The notes: generated by a model not told the origin, from the letters alone. Shown: positions 34,347-46,728, counted from the whole stretch's first letter. The stretch: 63,082 nt of DNA, filler included, from 10 parts of 10 records of this genome joined end to end with filler, not necessarily neighbours in it; one strand, 5' to 3'. A program made the numbers and translations.

Positions 34347-34469
34347 ACAATCGAACTAGGATACTATAGGATACAATTCATGCTTATGATTAGCTTATGA
34401 TACTGCACGTGCACGCATCCTTGGACAATAGCTTGACGAGTGATGTCCAATTATTAATTAACAAACGGT

Positions 34470-35822
34470 TCAATATCTAAAGCTTTGGTCAATGGCTTTG
34501 GTTTGCAGCGGCTGGGATATGGTGAACGCTCGCTGCCCGTCGTGTGCTCCGTTGAACATGTGCGTAGGTGCCCCATCCGGTCCAAAGAGTAGCTTTGGCC
34601 GCTCGGCTCCTGCTCAACCGGCATCAGTCAGCTCGGGAGGCCCGTAGGAGGCCCGCACCGTAGCTGACCGAGCCGCCGCCTTGCAGGGGCCGAGCCTCGC
34701 CGTACGCTGCGCTGACGTTGGACCAGCGAATCCCGTCCATTGAGAAGGCGTGCCCGCCCGGCCCGCCCGGGTGCATGTAGTGAAATAAGGCGTGCCAGTG
34801 GCCTCTCGCGTCCATCCACATGAACGGGCTGCAACCGACTCAGCCTCGCCACAAGGGCACCCACTCACTCCTCGCTCCCGCAGGTGCTCCCGCCCCAGCT
34901 GGCCATCGTGTCCGAGGCCACTAGCCGGTACGGCCCGCGCCATGAGTCGGCGGCGATAATCGCCTCGCCGCAGCTGAACTTGTGCCAGGGCGACGGCTTG
35001 GGCGAGGTGTGCACCATCAGGTAGACTGACCGGTTGGTCGGGTGCACCATCGGGGCCGGGTTCCAGTTGCCATGCGCGCCGTAGTCCCAGCCGGCCGGCC
35101 AGTCCAGGATGGTGGCCACGTGCTTCGAGTACGGGCCCCTGGCTGATTCGGCCCAGTGGATCGTGAAGTTGGCAGAGATTGTCCCGCGAGCCGATCGAGG
35201 CTCAGTGGGGGCTAGGCCGGCGGTGCCAGGCTCCGTGGGGGCTAGGCCGGCGGTGCCGTTGCAGTTGGCCGCGGGGCCGTTGGGGAGGCCGTCGCCCAGG
35301 GTGTACAGCGCGAAGACCCAGCCGGTGGCCGAGCTAGGGTCGGGCACCCTGATGGCCTGGGGGTTGTGCGCCCACGGCCCGACCAGCTGCCTGACCCGCT
35401 CGAACGGTCCCTCGGGGCTCTGAGCCACCGCCAGCGCCACGGCCGAGTTGGTCCGCCAGCTGCCCAGCCCGCAGTGGTTGAGCATCTCCGCCACCCACAT
35501 GAAGTAACGGCGCTCCTCCGGCGACCAGAGGACCGACCCACCCCACGAGGTGCTGTTCGGGTCGGGCCCGTGGTAGGCGCACAGCGGCCGGCCGGCCACA
35601 CCCTGGGCCAGCCCGGGCCGGAAGCTAAGCCTCTCGCAGCCTGGCCGCAGACTGTGAGCGCCCAGCGGCCGGCGCACCGGGTCCGGTCCAGGCGGGATCG
35701 CACACGCAGCCGCCGGAGAGACACTGGCCGTTGAGCGAGCAGTCCCACGAGCTGTTGCACCCGGCTGCTGGAGCCAGTCCCGAAGCCAGCAGCCCCAGCT
35801 GCAGCAGCACCCCAGCCACCAT
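34470..35822 (-). CDS. Secreted EGF-like + five-bladed beta-propeller glycoside hydrolase-like protein (4 exons)
   Basis: Signal peptide; DCSLNGQC..G.CVCDPAWTG.GC; SSWGGS, WAHNP, NWNPAP, EDPFMW.D.RGHWHALFH and ERPKL. Three GT-AG introns. Confidence 0.75.
35199..35257. repeat. 30-bp tandem duplication encoding GTAGLAPTEP x2
   Basis: ggctcagtgggggctaggccggcggtgcc followed by ggctccgtgggggctaggccggcggtgcc. Confidence 0.8.
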
Positions 35823-35845
35823 CACACAGTGTCACTCGGCGAAAC

Positions 35846-38173
35846 ATGGCTATCCGATTGCTGAAGGGACTCCTGCTGCTCCTGGCCCCGCTGTCCGAGG
35901 CGGCCCAGCCGAGCACCAACGGGAGCGCGGTGGCCGGGGCGTCCTCGGTCAGTTGGTCCGACCCGGACTGGGCCTCGGACGGGACTGGCGCGATGCCGCT
36001 TGGGAACGGCGATCTGGCGGCCTCGGTCTGGGTGGACAAGCTCTCGGGCGACCTGCGGCTGCTGCTCAGCAAGTCGGACGTGTTCGACGAGAACAGCCAG
36101 CCGGTCAAGACTGGCGCACTCCGACTCTCGTTCGACCCGCCGCTCTGGCAGCCCGGCCAGAAGGACTGGGCCATGAGGCTGGATCTGGCGGCCGGCCAAG
36201 TCATCGTCAGCACCCCGCAGATTCAGGTGCGCGTGTTCGCCGAGCTCGTGGCCAAGCAGCAGCCAATCGGCGTGCTCCATGTGACGGCCAGCGGGCGCAA
36301 CTTCTCGCTGACGGCCGCGGTGGAGCCGTACCGGCGGGCTGGGGTGCCCACCTCGCTAGGGCGGGGGTTCTGCTTCCCTCGGTGGGAGCAGGCCGACACG
36401 CTGGTGCCGGACGATCAGAGCGTGATCTGGTACCACTGGAACCACTTGAACACGACATACTTCAACGACACGATGCGCGGGCAGGGGATCGAGCACCCAG
36501 CTGAGCTCGGCCTGACCGACATGTTCACCGGCCGGGCATGGGGCGGCAGCCTGGTCGCCGACGGGATGCACCCAACCAGCTCGCACACCGCGCTGGAAGG
36601 GCACGGGCTAGACTCCATCGACCTGCGGGTCACGCTGCTCACGCTGGCCAGTGTGAATGATCCGGCCGAGTGGCTCGCCGCCATCCGGCGCCCGGCCAGC
36701 CCCGGGCCGGGCCCGTCCTGGGAGCGAATCCTGGACCGATCGTACGTCGAGCTGAGCGGCGCCAGCCCGGAGCACCAGGCGAGCGCCAAGCAGATTACAG
36801 ACCACGTCAACTGGGACCGATACCTCAGCCTGATCCAGGGCCGCGCCGGGTTTGCGCCGATCAAGTTCAACGGGCAAGCTTTCAACTGCAACGACACCGG
36901 CAAGGGCTGGGACACCCGCGGCTGGGGCGCCGACTACTGGTGGCAGAACGAGCGCCAGCCATACTACAACGCGATCGCCCAGGGCGACTTGGACACGATG
37001 CGGAGCTTTCTGGAGTTCTATCTGAGGATGCTCCCGTACGTGCAGGCCAGGACCGCGGCGCAGTTCGCCAGCTCGCCCACCCCGATCAGCGCGGGGGCGC
37101 TCTACCCCGAGACTAGCACCCAGTTTGGGCTGTACAATGAAGGCGACTGGGGCTGCACCAACAAGCCACCCAACCAGGACGGGGCCTCAAGCAACACGTT
37201 CATCCGGTTCCACTGGACTGGCAGCCTGGAGCTAGCCCTGATGATCCTTGACTACTGGGACGCCACCGCCGACCTAAACCAGCTCGGCAGGTACCTGCCT
37301 ATCGCCACCAACGTGGTCGAGGCTTACAGGCAGCGATTCCCAAACAGGGACGCTCAGGGCAAGATCGACATGTTTCCAGCCCAGGCGCTCGAGACGTACC
37401 AGTGCCCGGGCCCGCGCTCGCGAGACAGCTGCAACACCAACCCGTCCACAGATATCGCCGGGCTGACTGCTGTGCTCAGCAGGCTGATCTCGCTGCCCAA
37501 CAGCACCGGGGTGACCAGCAGCCAGCGAGCTAGCTGGCAGGCGCACCTGGCCGCTCTCCCGCCGCTCCCTACCGACCCAGCCAAGCCGGGCGGGGTGTCG
37601 GCCAGCAAGATCGCGCCAGTCGGCTCCGGGCCGTGGAAGCGGCAGGGGCGGCACAACTCGGAGAACACCGAGCTGTATGTGGCGCACCCGTTCAGGCTGT
37701 TCGGTGTGGGCAAGAGCGATCCGACAGCGCTGGCTCTGGCCCAGCAGACCTACGCTGAGCGGATGTCGCCGTGCAACAACGGCTGGTGCCAGGACATCAT
37801 CCAAGCCGCAATGCTCAACCTGACCGACCAGGCTGCCGACCAGCTGGCACAGCGGGCCGCGGCCTCGGACCACGGCGGGTTCCGGTTCGAAGGGTTCGCC
37901 GGGCATTACCAGGACTACGAGCCTTCGCTCGACCACTACGGGTTCATGCGGACCGGACTGAACTACATGCTGATGGCCCCGGTGGATGACCCGGCCCGCT
38001 CGATGGTGCTCTTCCCGAGCTGGCCGGTCGACCGGTGGAATGTGAGATTCAAGCTACATGCGCCCCTGAACACCACCATCGAGGCCTCGTGCCAAGCGGG
38101 CAAGCTCGAATACCTGATCGTCACTCCGGAGCAGCGGCGCGCTGACATCAAAGTGCTCAACTGCCGGACGTGA
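35846..38173 (+). CDS. Secreted DUF5703 / GH95-like (alpha/alpha)6 glycoside hydrolase
   Basis: Signal peptide; MPLGNGD.AASVW, PIKFNG, R.WG.DYWWQNER.PY, PAQALET, N.EN.ELY..HPFRL and W.V.FKLHAP..T.IE. Intronless, 775 aa. Confidence 0.8.
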   Translation: MAIRLLKGLLLLLAPLSEAAQPSTNGSAVAGASSVSWSDPDWASDGTGAMPLGNGDLAASVWVDKLSGDLRLLLSKSDVFDENSQPVKTGALRLSFDPPLWQPGQKDWAMRLDLAAGQVIVSTPQIQVRVFAELVAKQQPIGVLHVTASGRNFSLTAAVEPYRRAGVPTSLGRGFCFPRWEQADTLVPDDQSVIWYHWNHLNTTYFNDTMRGQGIEHPAELGLTDMFTGRAWGGSLVADGMHPTSSHTALEGHGLDSIDLRVTLLTLASVNDPAEWLAAIRRPASPGPGPSWERILDRSYVELSGASPEHQASAKQITDHVNWDRYLSLIQGRAGFAPIKFNGQAFNCNDTGKGWDTRGWGADYWWQNERQPYYNAIAQGDLDTMRSFLEFYLRMLPYVQARTAAQFASSPTPISAGALYPETSTQFGLYNEGDWGCTNKPPNQDGASSNTFIRFHWTGSLELALMILDYWDATADLNQLGRYLPIATNVVEAYRQRFPNRDAQGKIDMFPAQALETYQCPGPRSRDSCNTNPSTDIAGLTAVLSRLISLPNSTGVTSSQRASWQAHLAALPPLPTDPAKPGGVSASKIAPVGSGPWKRQGRHNSENTELYVAHPFRLFGVGKSDPTALALAQQTYAERMSPCNNGWCQDIIQAAMLNLTDQAADQLAQRAAASDHGGFRFEGFAGHYQDYEPSLDHYGFMRTGLNYMLMAPVDDPARSMVLFPSWPVDRWNVRFKLHAPLNTTIEASCQAGKLEYLIVTPEQRRADIKVLNCRT

Positions 38174-38371
38174 TCAATTCGATCGAGGTAGTGCGCAAGT
38201 GCTACGTACGAGTGCACGATTGTGTACAGCTGCAGTCAAGTCTAGCTCCAAGTATTCTAGGAGTGCCGATTAAAATCAAACGCGTTACAAATGAATGTTG
38301 TGGTATTATTATGATAATTATACCACGGGTAATACCACGGGTAGGTACATTTATTAGAAAGTCGGGGCCCT

Positions 38372-38471
38372 NNNNNNNNNNNNNNNNNNNNNNNNNNNNN
38401 NNNNNNNNNNNNNNNTTAATTAATTAANNNNNNNNNNNNNNNNNNNNNNNNNNNNNNNNNNNNNNNNNNNN
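38372..38471. other. Artificial contig linker
   Basis: N-run + TTAATTAATTAA + N-run. Confidence 0.98.
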
Positions 38472-41400
38472 CGACAAGATCCGGCTAGTGGCGTTCGAGG
38501 TGCGCCCACCCGCCGCCGCGCCCGAGCGGCCGGGCAGAGCGGGGCCGAGCGACTCGGCTCTGAGAGGCTCCGCAAGCTGCACCAGATCCTCGAGTCAGCC
38601 GAGGCGGCGTGCTCGCCGGACCGGTCAGCCGAGGCCCAGGATGGCTCGTTTTCGGCTGCCCGGCGGCAGCTTGCGGAGCTGCTCTCAGCGGAGGAGAAAG
38701 CCAATGCGGAGCTCACGAGGGAGCGAAACATGCTCCGAGACATGCTCCTAGGATTGCAGGCCAGCCCCGACCCCGCCCTGGGCTCACTCGATTTGCAGGA
38801 CCCACCGACGGCAGCCGAGTCCGGAGCGGGCCAGCTGCAGCAGCAGGTGCCTCGGCTTTGGCCGGTCGCTGAGCTTTTGTGGCAGCTCGACTCGGCCCTG
38901 GAGGAGCTGGAGAGGCTCAAGGCCCCGCCGCGCAACCTGAGCTTCGGCGGGCTGAGCGCGGCCGATTCGGAGCTGGAGAGGCAGATCCGGGAGCTAGAGG
39001 AAGAGCTAGAGGACGGGAGGGTCGCGACGGAGCAACTAGAAGCGTCGCTCGAGTCGTCGCGGGCCGAGGCCAGCCGGCTGGCCCAGGAGCTGGCCGACAG
39101 CCGACGGGTGGAGTCATCGCTCCGTAGCACTCTGGAGGCGCAGGGCGAGCTGCTCGGTGTGACCCGGGACGGGGAGGATGCGATGCTGGAGGAGGCAGTC
39201 TATTGGCAGGCACAGCTCGGGGCGGCCGCCATAGTCCAGTGGGCCGGGCGCAGCATGGAGTGGGCGATGCGCCGGTGGCGGTCGGGCATGCGCGGCGGGC
39301 GGTCGCCGCCCAAGACGACTCTGGTGAAGCGGATGGAGCAAGAGCTTCGGGTTCAGCGGGAGGATGCGCAGCGGGTGGAGAACTCTCTCAAGGTGAAGCT
39401 GGAGGCGCAGGCCGACCTGTTGGGCGTGATGCGCGACCGGGAAGACGCCATGCTTGATGAGATCGAGCACCTGCGCGACCAGGAGGTCCGTCCAAACAGG
39501 CAGGAGGATTGTGCGGACGCGCTGGCCAGGCAGAGACAGCTGCGGTGCAAGCAGTGGGGTGTGGCCGGCTGGCGGTGCGCAATGCTGGAGAAGCAGCTGA
39601 GTGGGCAGGCTGAGTTGCTGGCGGTGCTGAGGGCGCACGAGGATGCCGGGGAGCATCAGATGGCGGGAGTGGGGTACTCAGTGCTGGTCCAGTGGGCTGC
39701 TAGAATCAAACAATGGGCCATCGGGCAGTGGCGGTGTGCGCTGATCGAGCGGTTAGCCACGTCGGCCAGCATGAACGTATCTCCGCTGCTCTCGGGCTCG
39801 CGGTGCGGGGGCGACTGGCTGGGTCGAGTTGAGCAGCTCGAGAAGCAGCTAGCTGATCAACAGGAGGTGGCCAAGCGGGTGGAGGCCACACTCAGAGAAA
39901 AGCTGGAGGCGCAGGGCGAGCTGCTCCGGGCGGTGCAGGAGGGCCGGCCTGAGCTGCTCGGTAGCGGGGGCTGCAGCGAGGACAGCGTGGTGTCGCTGAC
40001 CGAGGAGTCGATGCAAATCGTGTTTGAATTGCAGAAATTCCCGCAGCGAGTCGCCCGACAGCTGGCATACGACGAGGTGTGCGAGCGGGTGGAGGCCAGG
40101 CTGATCGAGCTAGAGACTCAGAGCAGCATCCGTCAGGACCCGGACAAGGAGCACGCCCGGCTGCAGGAGAAGCTGGGCAGGCTGGAGCAGACGCTGCTGG
40201 CTGCGCAGGCGGAAGCGGCCGAGAAGGAGCAGGAGTGCGCGCAGGGGAGGGCGACGCTGGAGGCGAGTCAGGTCCAGGTCCGGTCGTTGGAGCTGCACGT
40301 TACAGAGCTGAGTGCCTCTAGTCAGCAGATGTCTGAGGCTGCTAAGAGCAAAGAGCACGAGCTGAGTGCGTTGGCCTGTGAGAAGTCGACGGAGCAGCAA
40401 GCCAGGGAAGCGGCCGAGCTGGACTATAAGCAGGCAAGCGATCGGCTGGCCGCGCTCCAATCGGACTATCAGAGCTTACAAGCAGAGTATGCGGACAAAG
40501 TAGCAAATAATGCGGCGCTCAAAGAGAGTTTGGAGACGGCACAGGCTGAGCTGGATGCATCGCAGAACGAACAGTTGAAGCAAGCGTGGAGTGAGCTGGA
40601 AGCCGAGCAAGCAACCTGCAAGGATCTGACCGAGCGGTGCACCGTGCTCCAAGAAGCGCTTGAAGAGTCGTCCGAAGTGCACCAAGCCGAGATCGACGAG
40701 AAGCAGGCTCAGTGGCTAGCTGAGCGGAGTCGGCTAGAGCAGCGGCTCGAGCAGCAGCAGCAGCAAGCGCAGGAGGCCCGAGCCATCCAGGCGGAGCTTG
40801 AGTCGCAGCTAGAGCTTCTCGGTCAGCAGACCACCGATGAGCAAGCCTGGTCAGATCGTGTTGAACAGCTCAAGCAGCAGCTGGGCGAGCAGCAGGAGGC
40901 AGCCACGCTGGAGGCAGCCGCACTGGAGCAGAAAGTGGAGGCGCAGGCCCGGACCATTCAGCTCCTCCGGGCGGTGCAGGGGGAACAGCCATGCCCAGAG
41001 CAAGATGTGTGCGCGATGGAGGAGATCGACTTGCAGAGTGAGAAGATCGAGCAGTTGCAGGAGCAGCTGACTGAGCAAGAGCTGGCCTCCCGCCAGACCG
41101 AGGGGCTGCTCCAGAGCCAGCTCGATGCGCAGCTCGACGCCTCGCTTGGGCTCAAGCGGCAGCCCGTGGCGCTCGAGCTGCGCAGGTCGGTCACAATTGC
41201 CAGGATCCTGCTGGCGCGTCGGTCGGAGCCGGGCTCGACTGTGCTGGCCTTGCTGCTCGACACCTGGCGGGCACAGATGGTTGCCAGCTGGATGCGAACC
41301 GAGGCCAGCCAGCTGGCCGATCCGGAGGCTGCCAGTGGGCTGACTGTCTCACCGCTGCTCTCCGGGTTGCGCTGCGGCGGGGCCTGGCTGGGCCGGGTGG

Positions 41401-42316
41401 AGCAGCTTGAGAAAGAGCTGCAGGAGAGCGAGGCTGCAAGGCGGAGTCTGGCGGAGGTCGAGCACGAGCTGCGGGAGCAGGTGGAGAACCTGCGAGCCGA
41501 CTCGGAGGTGGCTTCTATCCTGGACTTCTCACCAGCAAAGCGGGCGGCTGGCGATGGCCAGCCTGAAGGGTTGAGCGAGGAGCTTGAGGTGCATAAGAAC
41601 AAGTTGTCCGCGGCCGAGGACGTTCTGATGGAGATGTCGAGGCAGCTCGAGGATCAGACCCGACTGAGGACGGAGGCAGAAGCCAAGGAGCGCTCTTTGC
41701 AAGCGGAGCTGTCACAGCAGAAAGGAGAGGCTTCGGCGCTGGAGATTGAGCACAGGGGTGTGCTTGCTGCGATGGAAGAGGAGGCCAACGCACTGAAAGT
41801 CCAAATGAAAGAGCACAGAGAGCAAGCCCAGCAGATGGGTGCTGCTGAAACGGAACTGAACCGGCTAAGAGAGGCGCTCGCCCAAAGTAGAGGATTGGTC
41901 GAGTCTGGAGCACGGGAGCTCCAGGAGCAGAGAGCCCTGGCAGCGTCCAAGAAGAAGCACATCGAGGACCTGCAGCACCAGTTTGAGGAACAAAAGCTCC
42001 TGGTGGGTGCGGCGCAGGTGTCACAAGCCGACGGCGAGCTCCAGGGCAAGCTGGAGCTGGCCGAGCAGCGCAACCAGGAGCTCGAGCGCAGGCTGGTCGA
42101 GCAGCGGGCGTTGACAGCTGCGGCCGAGGCGGCGGGGCTCGGTCAGGTGGAGCTGGAGAAGCAGACGCTCACTGCAGAGATCGAGTCGCTCAAGCTTAAG
42201 CTTATTGAAAACAAGCAGCGCGCAACGGCGGCCGAGCAAGAGTCTCGGTGCCTGGCAGATGAACTGCTCGCGAGCAAGAGCTTGAACAAGTCAGTCGGGT
42301 CGGAGCCGAGCCAAGC
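38472..42316 (+). CDS. Very long coiled-coil protein, truncated at both contig ends
   Basis: More than 1200 codons of E/Q/L/A-rich heptads, with an internal duplicated motif VSPLLSG.RCGG.WLGRVEQLEK. One intron near 38500-38537. Confidence 0.8.
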
Positions 42317-42416
42317 NNNNNNNNNNNNNNNNNNNNNNNNNNNNNNNNNNNNNNNNNNNNTTAATTAATTAANNNNNNNNNNNNNNNNNNNNNNNNNNNN
42401 NNNNNNNNNNNNNNNN
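42317..42416. other. Artificial contig linker
   Basis: N-run + TTAATTAATTAA + N-run. Confidence 0.98.
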
Positions 42417-42489
42417 CTTGGAATCGGCCCCTGTAGGAGCCCTATGAGACGTACAGACGTTCAAAACAGGGCCAACGACATCTGACACG

Positions 42490-43797
42490 ATGACGCGCGT
42501 CACGGTGGTGATGCCGGTGCACAACGGCGGGCGGTTCCTGGCGGAGGCGGTGGCGTCGGTCCAGGCCCAGAGTTTCAGCCGCTGGCACCTGCTGGTCCCC
42601 CTCCCTCCACCCGCGGCCAGCCCGGCCAGATCGTGGAGGACGGCTCGACCGACGACTCGCTCGAAATCGCCCGGGCGCTCGCGGCCGAGGATCCGCGGCT
42701 GAGCGTCTACGCCTGCCCGGTCAACCGACGCTGGGCCTCCCTCAATGAAGCGCTGGCCGCCACGCCGCTCGGTGCGCCGGGGAACGGCAGTGGGCCAGCC
42801 GGGGGGCAGCCGAGTTCGTGGCCCGGCTCGACTGCGACGACCTGTGCGCCCCGGACCGGCTGGCGCTGCAGGTGGCGGCGCTGGACGGCCGGCCGGAGCT
42901 CGAGGCGGTGGGCGGGTCGGTGGAGCTATTCGGCGCGGCTGGGCCTGGCCGAGTTGTCCGACACCCGAGCCGGCCGGCCGAGCTGCTGTGGGCCATGCTG
43001 TTCGGGTGCGCGATCGCCCACTCCAGCTCGATGGTGCCTGCCCGGCCGGTCACACGGAGGAGCCCCGGCAGATGCGCCGCAGCCTCGTCGAGCGGCTCAC
43101 GCGGGACGGCGAGCTGTACAGGTGCGAACAGCGGGGGGGGTCTGACACCGAGGCAGCGTACGGCACCTTGTAGCCGAGGACTACGATCTTTGGCTGCGGG
43201 CGCTCCCGGAGGCCAGGCTGGCCAATCTAGACGAGGCCGCCTTTGGCTGCCTACCAGCGAGCCCAGCTGCAGGTACTAGTCCGATACAGACGGCACGCAG
43301 ACAACATCTCAACACAGCCAGGCGCGAGCGAGCTCGCCGGGCAGCTCGCCAGCCAGAGCGTGCACCAGACCGTCGAGCGGCTCCTCTCACGGCGGGGCCC
43401 AGCCGGAGCCCGCTGAGCCGTGCCCAGGGGAGTCCCTGTCGACGATTTGCGTGCAGTTCGCGACCCTGCGGGGGTGCAGGCCGTGGGCGAGGCGGAGGCC
43501 GGCTCTCGGCTGCTGCTGGAGCTGGCGTGTAGGGCTGGTGGGCTGGGGGTGACGGCAGGAGGGCAGGAGAAAGCGGTGGTTGGGCTGGAGTGGGTGGGCG
43601 AGGAGGAGCGGGTTGCGATTCGGAAGGATGCGACCGCACGGCTGGGTGCGGCCGGCTGGAGATCTGGGCGAGCTAGGGTAGGCGAGCTCGCTGCCCGGGC
43701 GTCGGCGATCGATTCCGGGGCGGCGCAAGGGCTGATGGTGGGCTGGATGCAGCGCGGGCAAGGTGAGGGCGGTAGGGGCGGTCTGAGCGGTGGGTAG
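42490..43797 (+). CDS. Glycosyltransferase family 2 (7 exons)
   Basis: VTVVMPVHNGGRFL.EAV.SV..Q, IVEDGSTD, ARLDCDD...PDRL, AEDYDLWLR and NLDEVLVRYRRH. Six introns of 35-38 nt, including GC-AG 43236-43272 and 43392-43427. Confidence 0.85.
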
Positions 43798-44090
43798 ATG
43801 CCAAGGCGCTGCTTTCTAGCTTGATCGGAGCGCGGATGCCGGGCTGATTTCGCATGTCTTGCGACACTATAGTTCATTTGATATAAATGATTTTAATCGT
43901 GAACTGGGTTCATGACGGGGTCAATGTTAGCGATGGCCCGTTGTTGCGTTGCCGGAGCTTGGGGTGTCCGGGTGTCAGGCGGACGTAGTTTTGCCTTTTG
44001 GGGGATCCATCACTTAATTAATCACTGTGATGCGGGTGATGGACAAGTGCCAGTGTGGTGCTGGCGCTGCAACAACAACAGAAGGCAAAC

Positions 44091-45008
44091 ATGGCGATAC
44101 GCGGCCATACTTGTGAGCAGTGTATGAGGGGGGAGATGGGATGGGACAACACCAAGGCTAGGAACACCATGACGACGTACACTCTCGACTCCCGGGCCCC
44201 CAGCTGCAGCATCGCGCTGCTGCTCAGGCACGACCCAGAAGCGTTGAAGACCCTCTACACGCTTCTTCAACCGAAGTATCGCCACTTGGAGTACCACCAA
44301 AAGTTGGCCGAGGCTGCGGATGCGCAGCCACGCACCTAGACGACCGGGGTACCTCATTCCTTGTAGATGGGAAATCTAAAGAAGCTCGAGGTCTCCTCGC
44401 TCAGCCGCCATCACTGCTGCAATCCAGACGTTGAGGCCAACGTCCAGCTGCCGAAGTACCGGTACCAGGAGGAGAAGGCCAGGATTGCGTTTGAGGCCAA
44501 CCCCAAGCCAACCGACGATAAAGTACCGTTTCGTTCCTCCCTAGTTCCTCTGAATACGTATACACCTCCCTGTTCGCTGGATAACTGGGCAGGAGACACC
44601 TGGAGGGCGGTCGCGACAATCCTCAAGCACAGGCCAGATATCAGAGCTGTGATTGTGCCTGCAGGGCCCACAGGGATCGTAGTGCTAGCCGGGATGGTGA
44701 ATAGCTCGGAGGCCGCGATAGAGCTGAGGTCGCACGTGCACAAGTCTGGCCTGTCGGACCAGATAGTGAGTGAGCTGGCTAGGTGGACGTACGACACGGT
44801 TGTGGACCCAGCACTCAAACTGGTGCTAAATACAAGCTCAGATGCGTGCAGAGAGGAGCCGCTCCAACGCTGTCAACGGGAGGCACCACTGGCTTCAGAT
44901 TCGGCCGGATCGTTCAGGGTGCCACAATTCAGCTTTAGACAATACTTAGTCCGGAATGAGGAGCGTAGTGTGCTCGAGATGCTACCCGAGCGGCTCAAGG
45001 GCTCGTAG
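44091..45008 (+). other. Degenerate class I SAM methyltransferase-like gene (Methyltransf_24-like C-terminus) or pseudogene
   Basis: HCCNP...WAGDTWRAV..ILKHRPD..GPTGIVV resembles the family C-terminus. The SAM-binding motifs are not recognisable. A possible GC-AG intron ends at 44366. Confidence 0.35.
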
Positions 45009-45145
45009 CCACATGTGGCTGATTAAATAAATGTTTTTTACGTATAGCTAACACCACGTTGCTAGCTAAATGGTGAGCTGCACCGCACCGCACCCCCCTC
45101 CCCCTTCTTCCAGCGCATTATCCCAGACGGTGAATGCTCCGCCCT

Positions 45146-46090
45146 TCAGTTGCGGCGCTTCTTGTCGGCGGCCTCCGTCGCTTGTTGGATTTGCATCAGT
45201 TGGCTCGCCACCCAGGTAGCCCGCTCCAGGTAGGTCGCCGGAGTGCAAGGCAGCTCGTCCGGCGGGCTGTCGATGAGCTTGCACGGGTCATCTATCAGCC
45301 TAGGGCTGTCTGGGGCAGGGCCCTCTGGCGCAGCCGCAGGGCTCGAGGCTCCACGGCTGCAGAGGTACTGGAGGCTTAATCTGACGCACTCGCATAGCAG
45401 TCTGGCGCGGAGAGGGATCAGGAAGAGGCAGGTCCTTAGCACAAAGTAACTAAAGAAGATGGGGCACCAGAGCACCCAGATCCAGGGCAGGTGGATCCAG
45501 ACGAGCAGTACAAGCCCGATCATAAACGGCAGCCCAGTGCAGGCCAGCAAAATGGTTAGCTTCAGGTAGGCGAAGCAGGCGAAGAATAGCCCGGCGAACA
45601 GCTCGGGCAGTATCGGCAGCGGGAGCAGGATCAGCGAGAAGGCCACCGCGTGATCCAGCAACGGGCGGCCTCGGAGCTTGGGCAGCACCCAGCCGTGCAG
45701 CGTCGGGTCCGGGTTGTGCGGAAAGTTCAACGCGCCGCAGACCCGTCGCAGCGAGAACATATCGGTGCAGGGCATATCAAAGAGCGCCCCTGCCGTGTCT
45801 GGCACGAACGACATCCTCCTAAAGCGGCTGAGCGTGCAGCACCGCAAGACTATGGGAATGCGTTGCGGGTTGGCGAGACCTTGTTGTCCAGCAGCTTGCC
45901 TCGAGCTGAGCAGGGTGGTCTTGACGCTCTTGGACTTGTCTCGGTGCCCACCACCAGCCAGCCGATGCCCAGCCCCCTCGAGGCCGGAAACGGTGAGTAT
46001 TGGAGTATCACCAATCTATGCATGTATCGTAATGTATGAGTGTGACTAGCACGCGCACAGTCACAGTCCACCACTGCTGCCATCATATCA
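45146..46090 (-). CDS. Hypothetical multi-pass membrane protein, 5' end uncertain or truncated
   Basis: Frame open from about 46015 with several long hydrophobic segments. Confidence 0.55.
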
Positions 46091-46190
46091 NNNNNNNNNN
46101 NNNNNNNNNNNNNNNNNNNNNNNNNNNNNNNNNNTTAATTAATTAANNNNNNNNNNNNNNNNNNNNNNNNNNNNNNNNNNNNNNNNNNNN
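46091..46190. other. Artificial contig linker
   Basis: N-run + TTAATTAATTAA + N-run. Confidence 0.98.
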
Positions 46191-46569
46191 CGGCCACTAC
46201 GGCTGGGTTGGACTGTAACCTGATGATAACTCTTTCTCAAGGTGTGTAGCTTGCCTGAGGCCAATGCCTGATACCTGCCTGCCAGAGGATAGGAGGTTCC
46301 ACCGCTTGTCAGGCACAAACCACTCGATCAACATGAAGCTTTTCAAGTTAAAGGACCAAAGCTCGGACGCGCCGATGACTCGCAGCTCGGATGGCGAGCC
46401 GATTGCAGACGCTGGTACCTACCTGAATTCGCGAGACAGGTCCATGCTAGTTGGGAAGTTGCCTCCAGGCAAGTACATTCTGATTGCAAGCACGTTTGAG
46501 CCGTCCAAAGAAAGCAAGTTCACCCTGACTTTCTGGTGCGGTTACGAGTGTCAAATTCGCCAGTTCTGA
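46191..46569 (+). CDS. Calpain domain III (C2-like) C-terminal fragment
   Basis: After one intron: LMITLSQEDRR...TYLNSRD...LPPGKYILIASTFEP..ESKFTL. Confidence 0.75.
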
Positions 46570-46728
46570 ATGAGAAAGCTAGAATTCAAATGAAGAGATC
46601 TGTACTCGTACGACGTGTGCGCTTTTCAACTGAATACACACTAGTAACATCGTAACACACTAGTCTAACACTAGTCGACTAGTCGTCGCTTAATTAGTGT
46701 AGGTACCGGTAGACAGGCCTGCAGCTGG

